A stretch of 64,000 nt of DNA from contig NC_042998.1 of NCBI RefSeq assembly GCF_006345805.1, positions 67,332,001-67,396,000 on the forward strand. Reading direction: 5' to 3'. Below, one piece after another: positions 39,871 to 53,479 of this stretch (position 1 is its first letter; each line of letters opens with the position of its first letter). Origin of the DNA: Octopus sinensis (taxonomy: Eukaryota). The translations under genes and the position numbers were made by a program. Below the pieces are notes generated by a model. That model was not told where the DNA came from. It worked only from the letters and a program-made list of their open reading frames with translations, and did no database searches.

Positions 39871-40746
39871 ATATATATATATATTATTCTGATGCTCTCT
39901 TTGCAAGATATGTAAATTTCGCATAGTTCCTATTAATCCTGCCTCATATATTTTTTTCTTTTCTTTGAGAAAAAAAAAAGGCCGTAACCTGATACTTCTT
40001 TTTCTTTCATTGTACACGTTACTGCATTGCTGTTTCGTTTCGTATTTCTACGTAGTATCAGCCATGTATATTTCTTGGGCGGGGAGTAAGATTAACTGAT
40101 TTCTTTTAATGTACGTAACTATGTATCAATCTTATGTAATGGAACTGAATACTTGGTACCTCTCTCTGAATGACAAGTATTGAGTGAAATCTATATTACA
40201 TCGAGAAAGGTGTTTATGGCATCGATATACCAATCATAACGGGATCCGTTTAATTAAATATTGGCAACACCTTCGTGTCTCGTTAAATTGATGATAACAT
40301 AACGGGCCAAGGAGACTTCCAATAGAAAAGTATCTCTTTAAGAAACAGACAATAGTTTGATCCAACGAAACACAAAAACATGTAGTTCAGAGAAATATAT
40401 AAATCATTCGATGGAACGCGTTACAGACGAAAATCTCAAAACGAAATTACATGAGGATTATCTTGAAATGTAATAATGTCTTACAACAACGGCAATTTTG
40501 TGAATTACTTTCTTTGTTTTCGGGTTTTGATTTTTTTGTTTTTGCTTTATTTAACTTATTTTTTCATTTGCTGTAAAAAAAATTCGAGTATGGAGACAGA
40601 GACGCTGACATACAACCTTCTAACATAATTACATTTAAATAACAGTAGAGGAATGAAATAGGAGGTGAGAGAAATGTGTATGTGTATATATACACACACA
40701 GAGACAGAATGAGCAACACCAAGAAGGAAACAATACACAACAGTGG

Positions 40747-40751
<5 letters not shown>

Positions 40752-40828
<77 letters not shown>
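40752..40828. repeat. (GA)n microsatellite
   Basis: Direct reading; source of the SLSLSL ORFs. Confidence 0.95.
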
Positions 40829-40831
<3 letters not shown>

Positions 40832-41081
40832 TCGTGGTAGCAAAGGAAAGGACATTGGCTCAAAATCAAACTATCAGACATGACTTCTGCTGCTGAAAAG
40901 TTATCAGACTTAGGATAACAAAAGGATAGAGAGAGTTTATAAGAGTGAACTTCCAATTGAAAGTTCTTTCCGTTCTTGTAGACTATGGCGCCAAGAAACC
41001 GATCTTATCAACAAGATGAATAAAAATAACAACTAGATCATTCTATTACTCAGCAAAAAGAACTTGGCTCGCTAAATTGCT

Positions 41082-41115
<34 letters not shown>

Positions 41116-41194
41116 CATATAAATATATATGTGTGTGTGTGTGTGTGCTTGTTAATGAGCGTATGCATGTACATACGCAGACGCATACACACGC

Positions 41195-41246
<52 letters not shown>

Positions 41247-41330
41247 CTATATACTTAAATGTACAAATGTATACATTTGCATAAGTACACACTCACACAC
41301 ACACACATACATACACACACACACAGACAT

Positions 41331-41361
<31 letters not shown>

Positions 41362-42249
41362 CATTTATGTATGTACGCTGTGTTTATAAATATGAATTTT
41401 ATAGTATTACAGATAGATGCAATTCCATTTATACATGCCCATTTTAGTATATGCCTAATAATATTCGTTTGCATTGCAAATGCATGTTTCATTGCTAATA
41501 AACATGCATTCTATATATATATATACATACATACATAAACATACATACATACATACATACATACATACATACATACATACATACATGCATACATACATAC
41601 AAACATACATACATATAGTCACCGTACTTAAAGTCTTGCATAGAAATGTATTAAAATACAAGATAATAAAATATTTTACAATATTATGAAAAAGAAATAC
41701 AATTTTATATGACACATATATATATCATATACATGAATGCAACATGCAGTACGTATACATTTGTTCTTGCGTGTGTTCCTCTACATCTCACTCTCTCCCA
41801 CTCCCTCTCACTTTCCCTGTGTGTGCGTGCGCGTGTGTGCGTAACCTATTAGTAGATATATAACGAATAAATGTAACTATTTCTCCATAGATTGAAAAAA
41901 ATGGTGAAGAGCCTTAAGCAATTTTTGGACCTTATTGGTATTTCGTCAGAGGAATTTACATCACTTTGATTAGTTGCAGAGAAGTAAGCAGCCAATCTCT
42001 TTAAAGACAGAGCGTTTCTTCATTGCTTTCATATAAATTTTTTTTAAATGATATTCAAACAACAACTGTTTGAAAGGAAAAATTGCTCAGCTTACCACTT
42101 GAACGATCGAAACGCGAAGCACTGCAATAATGAATTTTCAGTTATAATCTATATAAGAAGCCTCTTCACTTTGGTATTGCGTTCTGTTATTTATTAGTTT
42201 TCGGTGCATCAACACACTTAAACACACACACGTAATATATATATGTATG

Positions 42250-42282
<33 letters not shown>

Positions 42283-42283
42283 A

Positions 42284-42482
42284 CTTTCATTTATTGGTTT
42301 TAGTAATTTGACTGCGGCCATGCTCGAGCACTGCCTTTATTCGAACAAAATCGACCCCAAGACTTATTCATTGTAAGCGTAGTACTTTTTCAATAATCTC
42401 TTTTGCCGAACCGCTAAGTTACGGGGACGTAAATACACAACATCGGTTTCAAGCGATGGTGGCGGACAAACACAGACACACA

Positions 42483-42557
<75 letters not shown>

Positions 42558-42725
42558 GACTGACTTCATTCATTTTCCGTCAACGAAATCCACTCATAAG
42601 ATTTTGGTCTGCCCTAGGCTATAGTAGAAGACACTTGCCCAAGGTACCGCGCAGTGGGTGGGACTCAACCCAGAGCCATGTGGTTGGGAAGCAAGTTTCT
42701 CACCACACAGCCACGCCTGCGCCTA
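42284..42725 (-). mobile_element. SINE S2, full length with internal (TA)n
   Basis: Minus-strand head ATAGGCGCAGGCGTGGCTGTGTGG...GGGTTGAGTCCCAC..CCTTGGGCAAGTGTCTTC; tail ..GCAGTCAAATTACTAAAA. Confidence 0.9.
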
Positions 42726-42739
42726 TATGTATATGTATG

Positions 42740-42776
<37 letters not shown>

Positions 42777-43551
42777 GGAGAGAGAGAAAGAAAGAGGGAG
42801 AGAGAAAGGGAGAAAGAGAGAGCTATAGTTAAACAGTCTAAAATCTAGGTGTAGGAAGTTAGTAAGCTTCAAGCATTTATGCGGCTTGTACAGATGTAAA
42901 GGAGTGGAGAATAATCGGTAAAACATGTGTATTGGCCTCGTAAGTTATACACTTCGTCCCATATGAAAATTAAATGGAATTTCGGTAAGCTGACGTTCAC
43001 ATTACAATTCACATGTGGCAACTAAAGATTTCAAAAATGCTAATAAAAACCCAAAAAATCAAGAGTACAACAGGTATGTCATGACACCGATCGTTAAAAA
43101 GCTAAGTGGAAATTAAAATTATACTAAATTCTAATCGTAATGTTCTTCATAACTGGAACAATACGCAGTTGAAATAGATCTATGTTCGCTGGGCATACGC
43201 TTGTAAGACAAAAGATATCATACTTTGTAAGAAGAAATTAGTTTATTTCATTGCTGACATAAAAGACTAGCTTTGTTAAAGTTTCAGTTCCCTTGATGGT
43301 TGCCCATTCATATGTACATAACATAAAATGCTGATGGAGTACAGTTTTATGCTTTTCTGAACATTAAAGCAACGTTTACCTTTTAATTGTTATATATGAT
43401 ACTGTCGTATGGACACCTTCGTATGTATATAAAGCCACAGAAAGACACGCAAATATGTTTGCGCATGTTAAAACGTCACAGATATTAACATATGTAAACG
43501 TCTATATATGCGTGCGTGTGTATGCTCGTGAATGTATATGTGTATATATAT

Positions 43552-43602
<51 letters not shown>

Positions 43603-43703
43603 ATATATATATATATATGTATATATATATATTATTATGTATATACATATCTTTGTATATATAATATATAATGTATTTATATATATATATATGTATACAT
43701 ATG

Positions 43704-43752
<49 letters not shown>

Positions 43753-43782
43753 TATTATATATTAATATATACATATGTATAC

Positions 43783-43813
<31 letters not shown>

Positions 43814-44006
43814 TACTCAAAAATAAGCAACAAGAATGACTCCGGTAATTGGTACAATTGTTCGCACTACAACATTTTATTAAAAATGCGTGCGTGTGTG
43901 TGTGTATTTTTAAATAAATAAATATATATATATTTTTTTTTAACATAAATATATATATATGCATATATAATATAATTATAAGATGTTTATATATATATAT
44001 ACATAT

Positions 44007-44174
44007 ATACGACGGGCTTCTTCAGTTTCCGTCTACCAAACCCACTCACAAGGCATTGGTCGGCCCGGGGCTATAGTAGAAGACACTTGCCCAAGATGCC
44101 ACGCAGTGGGACTGAACCCGGAACCATGTGCTTGGTTAGCAAGCTACTTACCACACAGCCACTCCTGCGCCTAT
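44007..44174 (-). mobile_element. SINE S2, 5' half, low divergence
   Basis: ATAGGCGCAGGAGTGGCTGTGTGGTAAGTAGCTTGC...GGTTCAGTCCCACTGCGTGGCATCTTGGGCAAG. Confidence 0.95.
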
Positions 44175-44181
44175 ATATTAT

Positions 44182-44224
<43 letters not shown>

Positions 44225-44225
44225 T

Positions 44226-44256
<31 letters not shown>

Positions 44257-45263
44257 GTGTGGTGTGTCTGTGTCTGTGTCTGTGTGTGTGTCTGTGTGTG
44301 TCTGTCTGTGTGTCTGTGTCTGTGCGTGTGTTTGTGCAATACATACACGTATTTAAATGCACACACATATATATATATATGAGTGTGTGTGTGTTAGTAT
44401 GTATGTATGTATGCATGTATGTATGTATGTTTGTATGTATATATGCATTCATTAATCAATTCGTAACCATAGTAGATTTTTGTTTCCGTTTAACTAAATA
44501 TGTTTGTACATGTATGTTTGAATTAAAGTGCCGATATCTGTGTGTGTTTATGTGTACGTGCGCGTGTGTATGTTTAAAACACCTATTCAGTTGTCATCAA
44601 TCACTGTTTTGTTTTTGTTCATTGGAAGTGTGAGGGCACTAAAAGGCAATCGTGTAAAGTGTTCTCGTTGTATATTAATCCTTTATCATTTCTAATTTCT
44701 TGAAATTACCTCCTCATTGAAAGTCCCTATCAATTATTACCAGTTTCCTTTTCTGCTGCTTCATTGCAACAAATTTTAACATACGAATACTTTGTATCGG
44801 CTTTCCGTATATAAACTACAACTTCGTTATCTGAATCCAAACAAAGTGGATTTTTTTTGGTCTCACCTCTTTTACTTTTAAATCATACAAATGTTTCTAA
44901 ATCTTCGTGTCTATGTCAAAATGTGAACATCTTCTGCAAAGCAGAAAATGCAATACTATGCTACAGACGCAAAGTGAAGCCGAATTATATATTCAGACGT
45001 CATTTAACTCTGAAAGAAAAAAAAAAATTAGAATTTCTTTCGTGTTCTTATCTTGCTAACTGAATTACAGATATATTCATAATTTCTTTAAAATTATTAA
45101 TCTTTCACATCTAGAATTGGTCACAAGTCACCACTTATTTAACTTTCACATTCCACGAAGAAAACATCTGAAAATCACTTTATCATAATCTGCATTCAAT
45201 ACACCTTTCCACCATGTTATTTCTCTCACTCTCTCTCCTGCTCTCTCTTTCAACCCTTCTCTC

Positions 45264-45323
<60 letters not shown>

Positions 45324-45327
<4 letters not shown>

Positions 45328-45382
45328 TAAAAACGGTAAGATAACAAAGAAAGAGACCTCAATATTATGTAAATAGAGGAAA
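45324..45382. mobile_element. family A terminal fragment
   Basis: TTGGTAAAAACGGTAAGATAACAAAGAAAGAGACCTCAATATTATGTAAATAGAGGAAA. Confidence 0.85.
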
Positions 45383-45423
45383 TATATACACATATATATA
45401 TATATATACACATACATACATAT

Positions 45424-45469
<46 letters not shown>

Positions 45470-45480
45470 ATATATATTAT

Positions 45481-45700
45481 ATAGTAAATAATGGAGTTGA
45501 ACGCAGGTGTTATTCAAAGAATTTGAATAACGCCTGCGTTCAACTCCATTTATTTATACTATACGAATTACTGCACATTAACCCGGAGTGTCTACCTTTG
45601 AATAGGTCGCTACATCCTTGTTACTTGCGTGAATTTTGCTACCCTGGTAACTGTTTATTGAATTTTCCATGTTATCTGTAACAAAGGATGATTCATTCAT
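45481..45700 (+). mobile_element. family E copy with a terminal hairpin in place of the hammerhead
   Basis: 45481-45518 inverted against 45522-45562; the remainder matches 39400-39570. Confidence 0.8.
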
Positions 45701-45849
45701 ATATATATATATACATATGTGTATGCGCTTGCGTATGTGTGTAGTTTATAGATAAGTAACATACATTATCCGATATTATATTATTCGTAGTGTCCAAGAG
45801 ATTTAAACTCGAGCAAGCAGAGGAGTAAATTTAAGGATAAGCAAGTTAG

Positions 45850-46247
45850 GAAGTCGATATACAAAAAATATTAAATCCATCTAATTTAAAAAGTGTACAT
45901 CTGTTTACACATAAGAATGTCCGACTTATAGAAGATAGAAATGTTGGTCCAAAATAATGACTGTATATTGATTCCAATATCGGATAATACCACCTTCTGT
46001 CTTCAGAGAAGAATTTTGCATTTGTGGTGTCGACAAAAAGAAGATTAAAGATGGAATGATTCTCTGGAGAACTAAGTGTAACAGAATGAGCGGATCTCCC
46101 AGAAACAGCTGTTGGACTCGTAAAATTCTTATTCAACCGCTTAAGTTCTGATATGATTTCTATTCTGTATAAGTCAGACTTTCTTATATGCAAATATATG
46201 TGCATTTTTTGTATTAAATGTACTTGATCTTTTTGTATATCGACTTC
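45850..46247 (+). mobile_element. old element with 18-bp inverted termini, possibly Penelope-derived
   Basis: GAAGTCGATATACAAAAA (45850) / TTTTTGTATATCGACTTC (46230-46247); internal REEFCICGVD...DGM and GAAACAGCTGT-T-GGACTC. Confidence 0.5.
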
Positions 46248-46295
46248 ACACGCATATCCTTACACAAACACACATACATACATACATACATACAT

Positions 46296-46374
<79 letters not shown>

Positions 46375-46379
46375 ATATA

Positions 46380-47224
46380 GGGTGAGGTGCGTGAATTGTC
46401 TTTTAAATTATACAAAAAGGAAAATAACACTGACATCTCATTTTAACAAATATATTTACCAAAATTGCATAAAAATATCTTGAAATACTACAGTAAATTT
46501 ATTCAATAAAATCGTCATTCGCTTTAACTAAGGTCTCCAGACGAAATTTTCTGCAACTGGACGATCTCCTTGTTCAATTTGGTAAATGCTGCCATAAAAC
46601 TTGCCTTCAGTTCAGCTTTGTTGTTACAAGTAGTTTTGTTGATCTCTCGCTCAACTGCGCGTCACACATAGTATTCAAGGAGATTAAGGTTTGGGCAGTT
46701 AGATGGCCAGATGTTACGGATGATGTGGTCGCAGAAATTATCTGACAGTCATGACTGGGTCCTACTGTTTGTGTGGCTTGGTGCAGAGTCCTGTTGCCAG
46801 ACACAGGGTCTTCTAACAGCCAACCTCTTTACACAGAGCAGCACTACCTCATCCACGCACTTGATGTGGGCCTCCGTGTTGAATCTGAGGCCTTGTGGGA
46901 GTATGAATGGAGGCATAACGTTGCCATCACTAGTGATTACTCCAAAAACCATAATGTTATGTTGACTGGGTATTTTATTTTTATCACTCTCAGTACATGT
47001 TTGTATTGGTAAATGTGTGTATAGGAGTTTCCGACACTTCGTATTGGAGCTTCAGGCGCGAAACCGAAATTTCATGCAGAGTGAATTGCATCATGCTGGT
47101 CTTTTTCTCACAGACGGTGCCCAACTGATCCTACTGTACTATGAAGTCGACAAGATCACAAAACAATGCACGAGCGCAAAATTAAAAATATAAAATGGTG
47201 ACAATTTACCCATCGCATTCTGTA
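46380..47224 (-). mobile_element. internally deleted maT/DD37D-type Tc1/mariner element, copy 1
   Basis: VWQQDSAPSH..TQS*LSDNF..IWPSNCPNLNLLEYYV*: 37 residues between D and the E occupying the third acidic position; ~23-bp degenerate TIRs; TA-repeat flanks. Confidence 0.9.
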
Positions 47225-47226
47225 TG

Positions 47227-47258
<32 letters not shown>

Positions 47259-47272
47259 ATATATATATAATA

Positions 47273-47310
<38 letters not shown>

Positions 47311-47320
47311 TATATATATA

Positions 47321-48162
47321 GGGTGAGGTGCGTGAATTGTCTTTTAAATTATACAAAAAGGAAAATAACACTGACATCTCATTTTAACAAATATATTTAC
47401 CAAAATTGCATAAAAATATCTTGAAATACTACAGTAAATTTATTCAATAAAATCGTCATTCGCTTTAACTAAGGTCTCCAGACGAAATTTTCTGCAACTG
47501 GACGATCTCCTTGTTCAATTTGGTAAATGCTGCCATAAAACTTGCCTTCAGTTCAGCTTTGTTGTTACAAGTAGTTTTGTTGATCTCTCGCTCAACTGCG
47601 CGTCACACATAGTATTCAAGGAGATTAAGGTTTGGGCAGTTAGATGGCCAGATGTTACGGATGATGTGGTCGCAGAAATTATCTGACAGTCATGACTGGG
47701 TCCTACTGTTGTGTGGCTTGGTGCAGAGTCCTGTTGCCAGACACAGGGTCTTCTAACAGCCAACCTCTTTACACAGAGCAGCACTACCTCATCCACGCAC
47801 TTGATGTGGGCCTCCGTGTTGAATCTGAGGCCTTGTGGGAGTATGAATGGAGGCATAACGTTGCCATCACTAGTGATTACTCCAAAAACCATAATGTTAT
47901 GTTGACTGGGTATTTTATTTTTATCACTCTCAGTACATGTTTGTATTGGTAAATGTGTGTATAGGAGTTTCCGACACTTCGTATTGGAGCTTCAGGCGCG
48001 AAACCGAAATTTCATGCAGAGTGAATTGCATCATGCTGGTCTTTTTCTCACAGACGGTGCCCAACTGATCCTACTGTACTATGAAGTCGACAAGATCACA
48101 AAACAATGCACGAGCGCAAAATTAAAAATATAAAATGGTGACAATTTACCCATCGCATTCTG

Positions 48163-48164
<2 letters not shown>
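47321..48164 (-). mobile_element. internally deleted maT/DD37D-type element, copy 2
   Basis: Appears identical to copy 1 except for a 1-nt deletion (CTACTGTTTGTG vs CTACTGTTGTG). Confidence 0.9.
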
Positions 48165-48205
<41 letters not shown>

Positions 48206-48803
48206 TTGAGAACACATTCTTCGTGGTAATAGCAATTTGACGTTTATGTTTAGCATATAGGGGGACACTTTAGTGGTCATTCCTCTTAATTTTGTATGTA
48301 ACACAATTTTTAATCTTCGGATTCTTAAATATGCTAAACCACTGGTTTTAATTGATTAACATCAATTTCTACCTTTATTATTTAATATTCATATATATAT
48401 ACACATACATGTATGCATAAATACATATATATACAGAGAGAAAGAGAGCGAGAGAGAGAGAGTGAGGGAAAGAGGGGTTAAAATAGTGAGGAATGGCAAA
48501 CAATTAGTTAATGCAGGATTTTATTTAATTCAAGCTAAAAAATTTTGCTACATTAGGAGTGGTAACAATAGTACAAACTAGTAAAGTTAGTGCAGTTAAA
48601 TCCGGTTGGATCAGGTCCAGTGAAGGGTAGCAGTCATTTTTCCTCTGGAAGAAATACGTTTCAATATACTTAACAATATATACCTCTTAGCCATACCTCT
48701 TAGCCATACCTCTTATCTATTTATCTTTGCTCCCACCAGAATATTTATTCCATGCACAACGTTTGTTCTGCTAACAGTCACTCTCATTTTCCCTCAAATT
48801 ACA

Positions 48804-49018
48804 CATCATGATCAAGTATTTATCTAAAGAAGACCCAATCCAACTGGATATAATTAGACTTTTCTGCCCTCCAAGTCATAATGAATCACAACAAATGTCA
48901 TTGCTGAGGAACATTCTTCCACTGATATTTCTTCGATTATAGAATACTAAACTTATAGAATCTTCTCTCGATACGATGCTTCTATAGCTGGAATATCCCA
49001 GAAATATCTGTCAGAGAC
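48804..49018 (+). mobile_element. possible ancient Penelope-like 3' remnant
   Basis: DQVFI*RRPNPTGYN* (FI...P.GYN-like) then TCTCT..ATATCCCA-GAAATATCTGTC-AGAGA; heavily decayed. Confidence 0.3.
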
Positions 49019-49398
49019 TATTTTTACCAGTTTGTACTATTTTTATCCGTTATGTAGATGGAGTTTTATATTGAAGTAGATCAAATCAAATGTGCTTGTC
49101 CTGCCTTGACTACTTGTTTGCTTTTCCTAATAACTCTAAATTATGCCTACAGAATCAAAGAGAAGCTACCACTAGCCGTGATTTGAACAAGACAACCACA
49201 CATACACAACTTCAGCTGCTGGTTTAACTGGAATTGTTTTGGTGGCACACGTATTTGAGCACTCAATACCTATAACGCATACCTATAACGTTGAGTCACC
49301 AGAAGAAGACTCCTTCTACTCTCTGTGGGCGTGTAAGTATATATAAAGAGAGAGAGGGGAAGAGAGAGATACACAGACAGACTAACAGACAGACAGAC

Positions 49399-49477
<79 letters not shown>

Positions 49478-49480
49478 AGG

Positions 49481-49506
<26 letters not shown>

Positions 49507-49512
<6 letters not shown>

Positions 49513-49755
49513 CAGAATGGGACAAGAACGCAAAACATCCGGACAACTAGTTGACAAAAAAGGGACAACAAAACAATCAGATATACGATGCAAAAAAACA
49601 AGGACGGGTCATTCGAAGCCTTTTATCTTCAGTAGTGACTTTTCGTCACTGCAAAAAGGATATATTTATTTGCATTGGGACCTCTTCGCATCGAAGACCG
49701 GTGATTGTCGTGCAGCTACTGTTTATACCTCGTTCAGAGATTTATTATTGGTTTA
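49507..49755. mobile_element. (TA)n-flanked interspersed element, family D
   Basis: AAAATACAGAATGGGACAAGAACGCAAAACATCC... bounded by (TA)n; recognised from memory as a common octopus repeat; single copy here. Confidence 0.55.
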
Positions 49756-49784
49756 TGTATATATATATATAGATTTATTATTGT

Positions 49785-49848
<64 letters not shown>

Positions 49849-50363
49849 TATATAATATACGTGTGTGTGTGTGTGTGTGTGGGTGTGTGTGTGTGTGTGT
49901 GTGGTGTGTGTGTGTGTGTGTGTGTATAATATATATAAAGACAAATTTCTAATATTTGGTTGGTATGGACAGAGAATCCAAGGGAGGACCGTAGTCGCTT
50001 TTACCGGTTATTAACGCCGGCTAACCTCAGTGAATGCATAATAATCTCCACTTAGTTTGATTTACTAACCTCATTCTATATTCACGTCGGTAAATCTATA
50101 GAGACTGCATGTTTTCGGTAGAGAAAATAATGAATTTATAATAAAGGAGAAGAGAGATTTATATCCAGTTTCATTTAGCAGTTAATTTCTTCTTTTCATT
50201 CCTGCACCAATTCTCCGATGACGGAAACTCAACTTATAGAGTCTGCAGCAATTAATATGTTTCTGAATATTAATTTGCTTCTGCAGCAATTAATGCACTT
50301 TGCAAAATTTACGTCTTTACGTGTATTTATTATTAATTGCCGCGTCTTCAGGCTCTAGTCAAT

Positions 50364-50815
50364 CACGAGGGTGAGTCAAAAATTATAAGCGCTCTTGTTT
50401 TTTTCAATGTATTTGCACAAAAGCAGGGAATAAACAAGTAAGTCATTTTTTCGTTGCATTTGGTCCCGCAGTCCACAAGCTTGCGTATTCCCTACAAGAA
50501 GAAGATATTCGGTTGGTCGTGCAACCATTTATGCACCCCTTTCTTTACATCTTCATCAGTAGGAAATCGACGACCTCGTAAACCATCTTTGAATGGTCCA
50601 AAGATATGATAGTCGGAAGGAGCAGTGTCTGGCCTGTAGGCAGAGTGTTCCAGCACCCCAAAACCCAATTGCTATAAAGGTTTCAACCTTCCGGGCGGCC
50701 GTGTCTGGGAGTACATTGTCATATAGCACCAAAACTTGGGCGTTCGGTGCAAACTGTTGTTTTGCACTGTTGATCGGATCACTGCTTTTTGTTCTTCTTT
50801 GGTGCACGATCCAAT
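50364..50815 (-). mobile_element. mariner (DD34D) internal-deletion derivative
   Basis: TIR CACGAGGGTGAGTCAAAAATTAT; LYDNVLPDTA..APSDYHIFGPFKDGLRGRRFPTDEDVK..VHKWL; N-terminal CTKEEQKAVIR joined close upstream. Confidence 0.9.
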
Positions 50816-50817
50816 GA

Positions 50818-50920
50818 CAAAGTCGATTGAGCGGAATTTGAACGCAGAACGTAAAGACGGACGAAATGCGCAAAGCATTTTGTCCTGCGTGCTGCCGACT
50901 CTGACAGCTCACCACCCGCT
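50818..50920 (-). mobile_element. SINE S1 head
   Basis: AAAGTCGA..GCGGAATTTGAACGCAGAACGTAAAGACGGACGAAAT. Confidence 0.8.
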
Positions 50921-51490
50921 TCAAATCAATATACGTAAAAACGTATATGGTCAATCGTTCCTTTTAGTTTGAGAAATAGCTAATAGCAGCTACTGGGCTT
51001 CATTTTCAGTAATGATTTTGAAGTAATATAAATTGTCCACTAAAAACACTGATCCCGATATTATATTCGATAATATACATTATCCTATGACTGAAACACC
51101 ATTGTAAAATATTGTGTGTTTATGATAATATATGGATTACAAAGTTGTCTTTCATCCAGCGGATCAACTTCATTATTAATACATTTGCTTCACTCGTGTA
51201 TTTTTCTCTTGTCACATTCACATCTGTTACTAAAACTTGTTATTCTAAAGCTGAAAGATTATTGTCATTCTATCGCCTGTCATAATAATAATAGTGGGAA
51301 CAAAGTTAAGAAACTTATTTCATATGCTATACGCAAAGATGTGCGTAGGATGTTTATCAGGAAAAGACGGTGAAAGAAATTTCCCTGTGCAAATACAGTG
51401 TTCTTATATACACAAAAGGTTTCTTCTGAGGAAACACTTCGTATAGGCATTATTAATTATTCTGCATACTACATACATACGCACACACAC

Positions 51491-51562
<72 letters not shown>

Positions 51563-52363
51563 CATACATACAGAGAGCGAGAAGGAGGAGTGAGAGAGTA
51601 GTTTTCATAATCGCTATGAGGCAATACCGATCATACATATTGTCTCTAGCGCACAGACACATCGTCTTAATTTCTCTCACTCTCTCTCCTTACTTCATCT
51701 TTTTATTAACAGTAAATACAGTTATATGTATTCTAGACAGTATACGAATTTTAACGAATAGTATTCGGAAGCTTTTATAAACACACAATTTTGTTTATGC
51801 TCTCACACTATTGTGACAACCAAAGTCTTATAATTACGTGGATTTTTCATGCCGAGAGCTAATAAGAATTTATCAATGCAAGTCCATATTTGCTGCCTTG
51901 TCTTACGTATAAACAATTCCCTACCTTTCTGACAACCACTCCACCACCATCATCATCTCTTCCACTCGCCCGTCTTCTTTTCAAACATTTGGCTTCTATA
52001 CTACTCTCTGGTGATATTAACATCAGAGCCGCTTTCCTTGTTTCAATTATCTTTCTATCACCGTTAATACCCACATTCCTTTGTCATTCTTGCTTTATTA
52101 TTTCTTGTTTAACTTTCTCATTTTCTGGCTCTCTGAAGTTTCAAGTCTTTCAAAAGTTTCACTTATCTCCTACCGCTGTCACGTTTTCGTAAACTTATTC
52201 CCTCCTGAGTATCCTCACTTTCTTTGTCGATAGCCTGTAGTGCTAATTCTATCTGAATCTTCTGATGTTATACATAAACACACACACACGCACACACATT
52301 TATTTACACAGGGAAAGAGACAGAAAGAGAGAGGGGCAGACAGACAGACAAAGAGAAAGAGAC

Positions 52364-52400
<37 letters not shown>

Positions 52401-52416
52401 TTTTATCTCTATCTCT

Positions 52417-52651
52417 TATCTTTTACTTGTTTGAGTCGTTATACGTCTGGCATTCTGGGGCACCGCCTTGAAACTTTAGTTGAACGAATCGACCGCAGTA
52501 GATATTTTTTTAAGCTTGGTACTTACAAGGCTTTGGTCGGCTCGAGGCTATAGTAGTGGACACCTGCTCAAGGTGCCACGCAGTGGGAATGAACCCGGAA
52601 TCATGAGATTGGAAAGCAAACTTCTAACCACGCAGCCACGCCTGCGCCTAT
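52417..52651 (-). mobile_element. SINE S2 with central deletion (no microsatellite)
   Basis: 3' part is joined directly to ACAAGGCTTTGGTCGGCTCGAGGCTATAG. Confidence 0.9.
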
Positions 52652-52748
52652 ATATTATATATATATATATATAATATATATATACATGCAGATATAAAGT
52701 ATGTATGTGTATGTAAATATATATATGCAGATATAAAGTATGTATGTG

Positions 52749-52799
<51 letters not shown>

Positions 52800-53479
52800 T
52801 TGTGTATATGAGTGTGTGTGTGCATTAATGGTTGAACATAAAATTAAAAGATTACTCATTAATTTCAATTGATTATCTCTAGTTTCACAAGGGAAAATGT
52901 GGTCATGATTTAGAAGTACCATTTTACTAGCTATCCTCAGACTGAAGACTGTTTTGGTTTTCTAAGGTTTACATATAGTATTTCTGGATATCTGGATATT
53001 TCTTTCATGGAATATATATGAAAATTTGATGTGGAATGGGTTGGCTTGGAAACAGATACACACGGTTGTACAAGAAGGTACGATGCAGAGGGTCATGAGG
53101 ACATTATGAGGTTATTTTGGTTCGATTAGGCATTTATATGAACCAGTGTGTTAGAAGTGAACTTTGACAAGGCTATATGTGGAGAGAGTATCAGATTCAG
53201 AACGCGATATATTTTACTTTTTCTTTTTATATAGGTTTGTGCTGCGAAATTTTAACTTTACTATAAAAACGAGAACGGTTAAGATGGCGCTGATGTTAGA
53301 ACGTATGTTAAATACGTACTAAAAGGCTTATATATATTGCCAACATATATTTATGCACCCACCAACCATACAGTGATCATGTATATGTAGCTATATATGT
53401 GTGTATTTTGCGTGGGTGTTTGAATGCTTGTGTAGGCGTGTGTGTTTGCATGTGCGTAAATGTACATTATATATATTTA

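Noticed and set aside
48680-48715. ATACCTCTTAGCC x ~2.8 and similar short local duplications (~13708-13746, ~49266-49290, ~52683-52750)
   Set aside because: Ordinary slippage duplications; no evidence that they are TSDs or functional
49600-49740. Hammerhead in family D (CTGAAGA on minus)
   Set aside because: Followed by CGAATG rather than GAAA, with no helix I/III pairing
51859-52192. Overlapping ORFs of 71 and 100 aa
   Set aside because: Pyrimidine/purine strand bias suppresses stops; no motif or splice support
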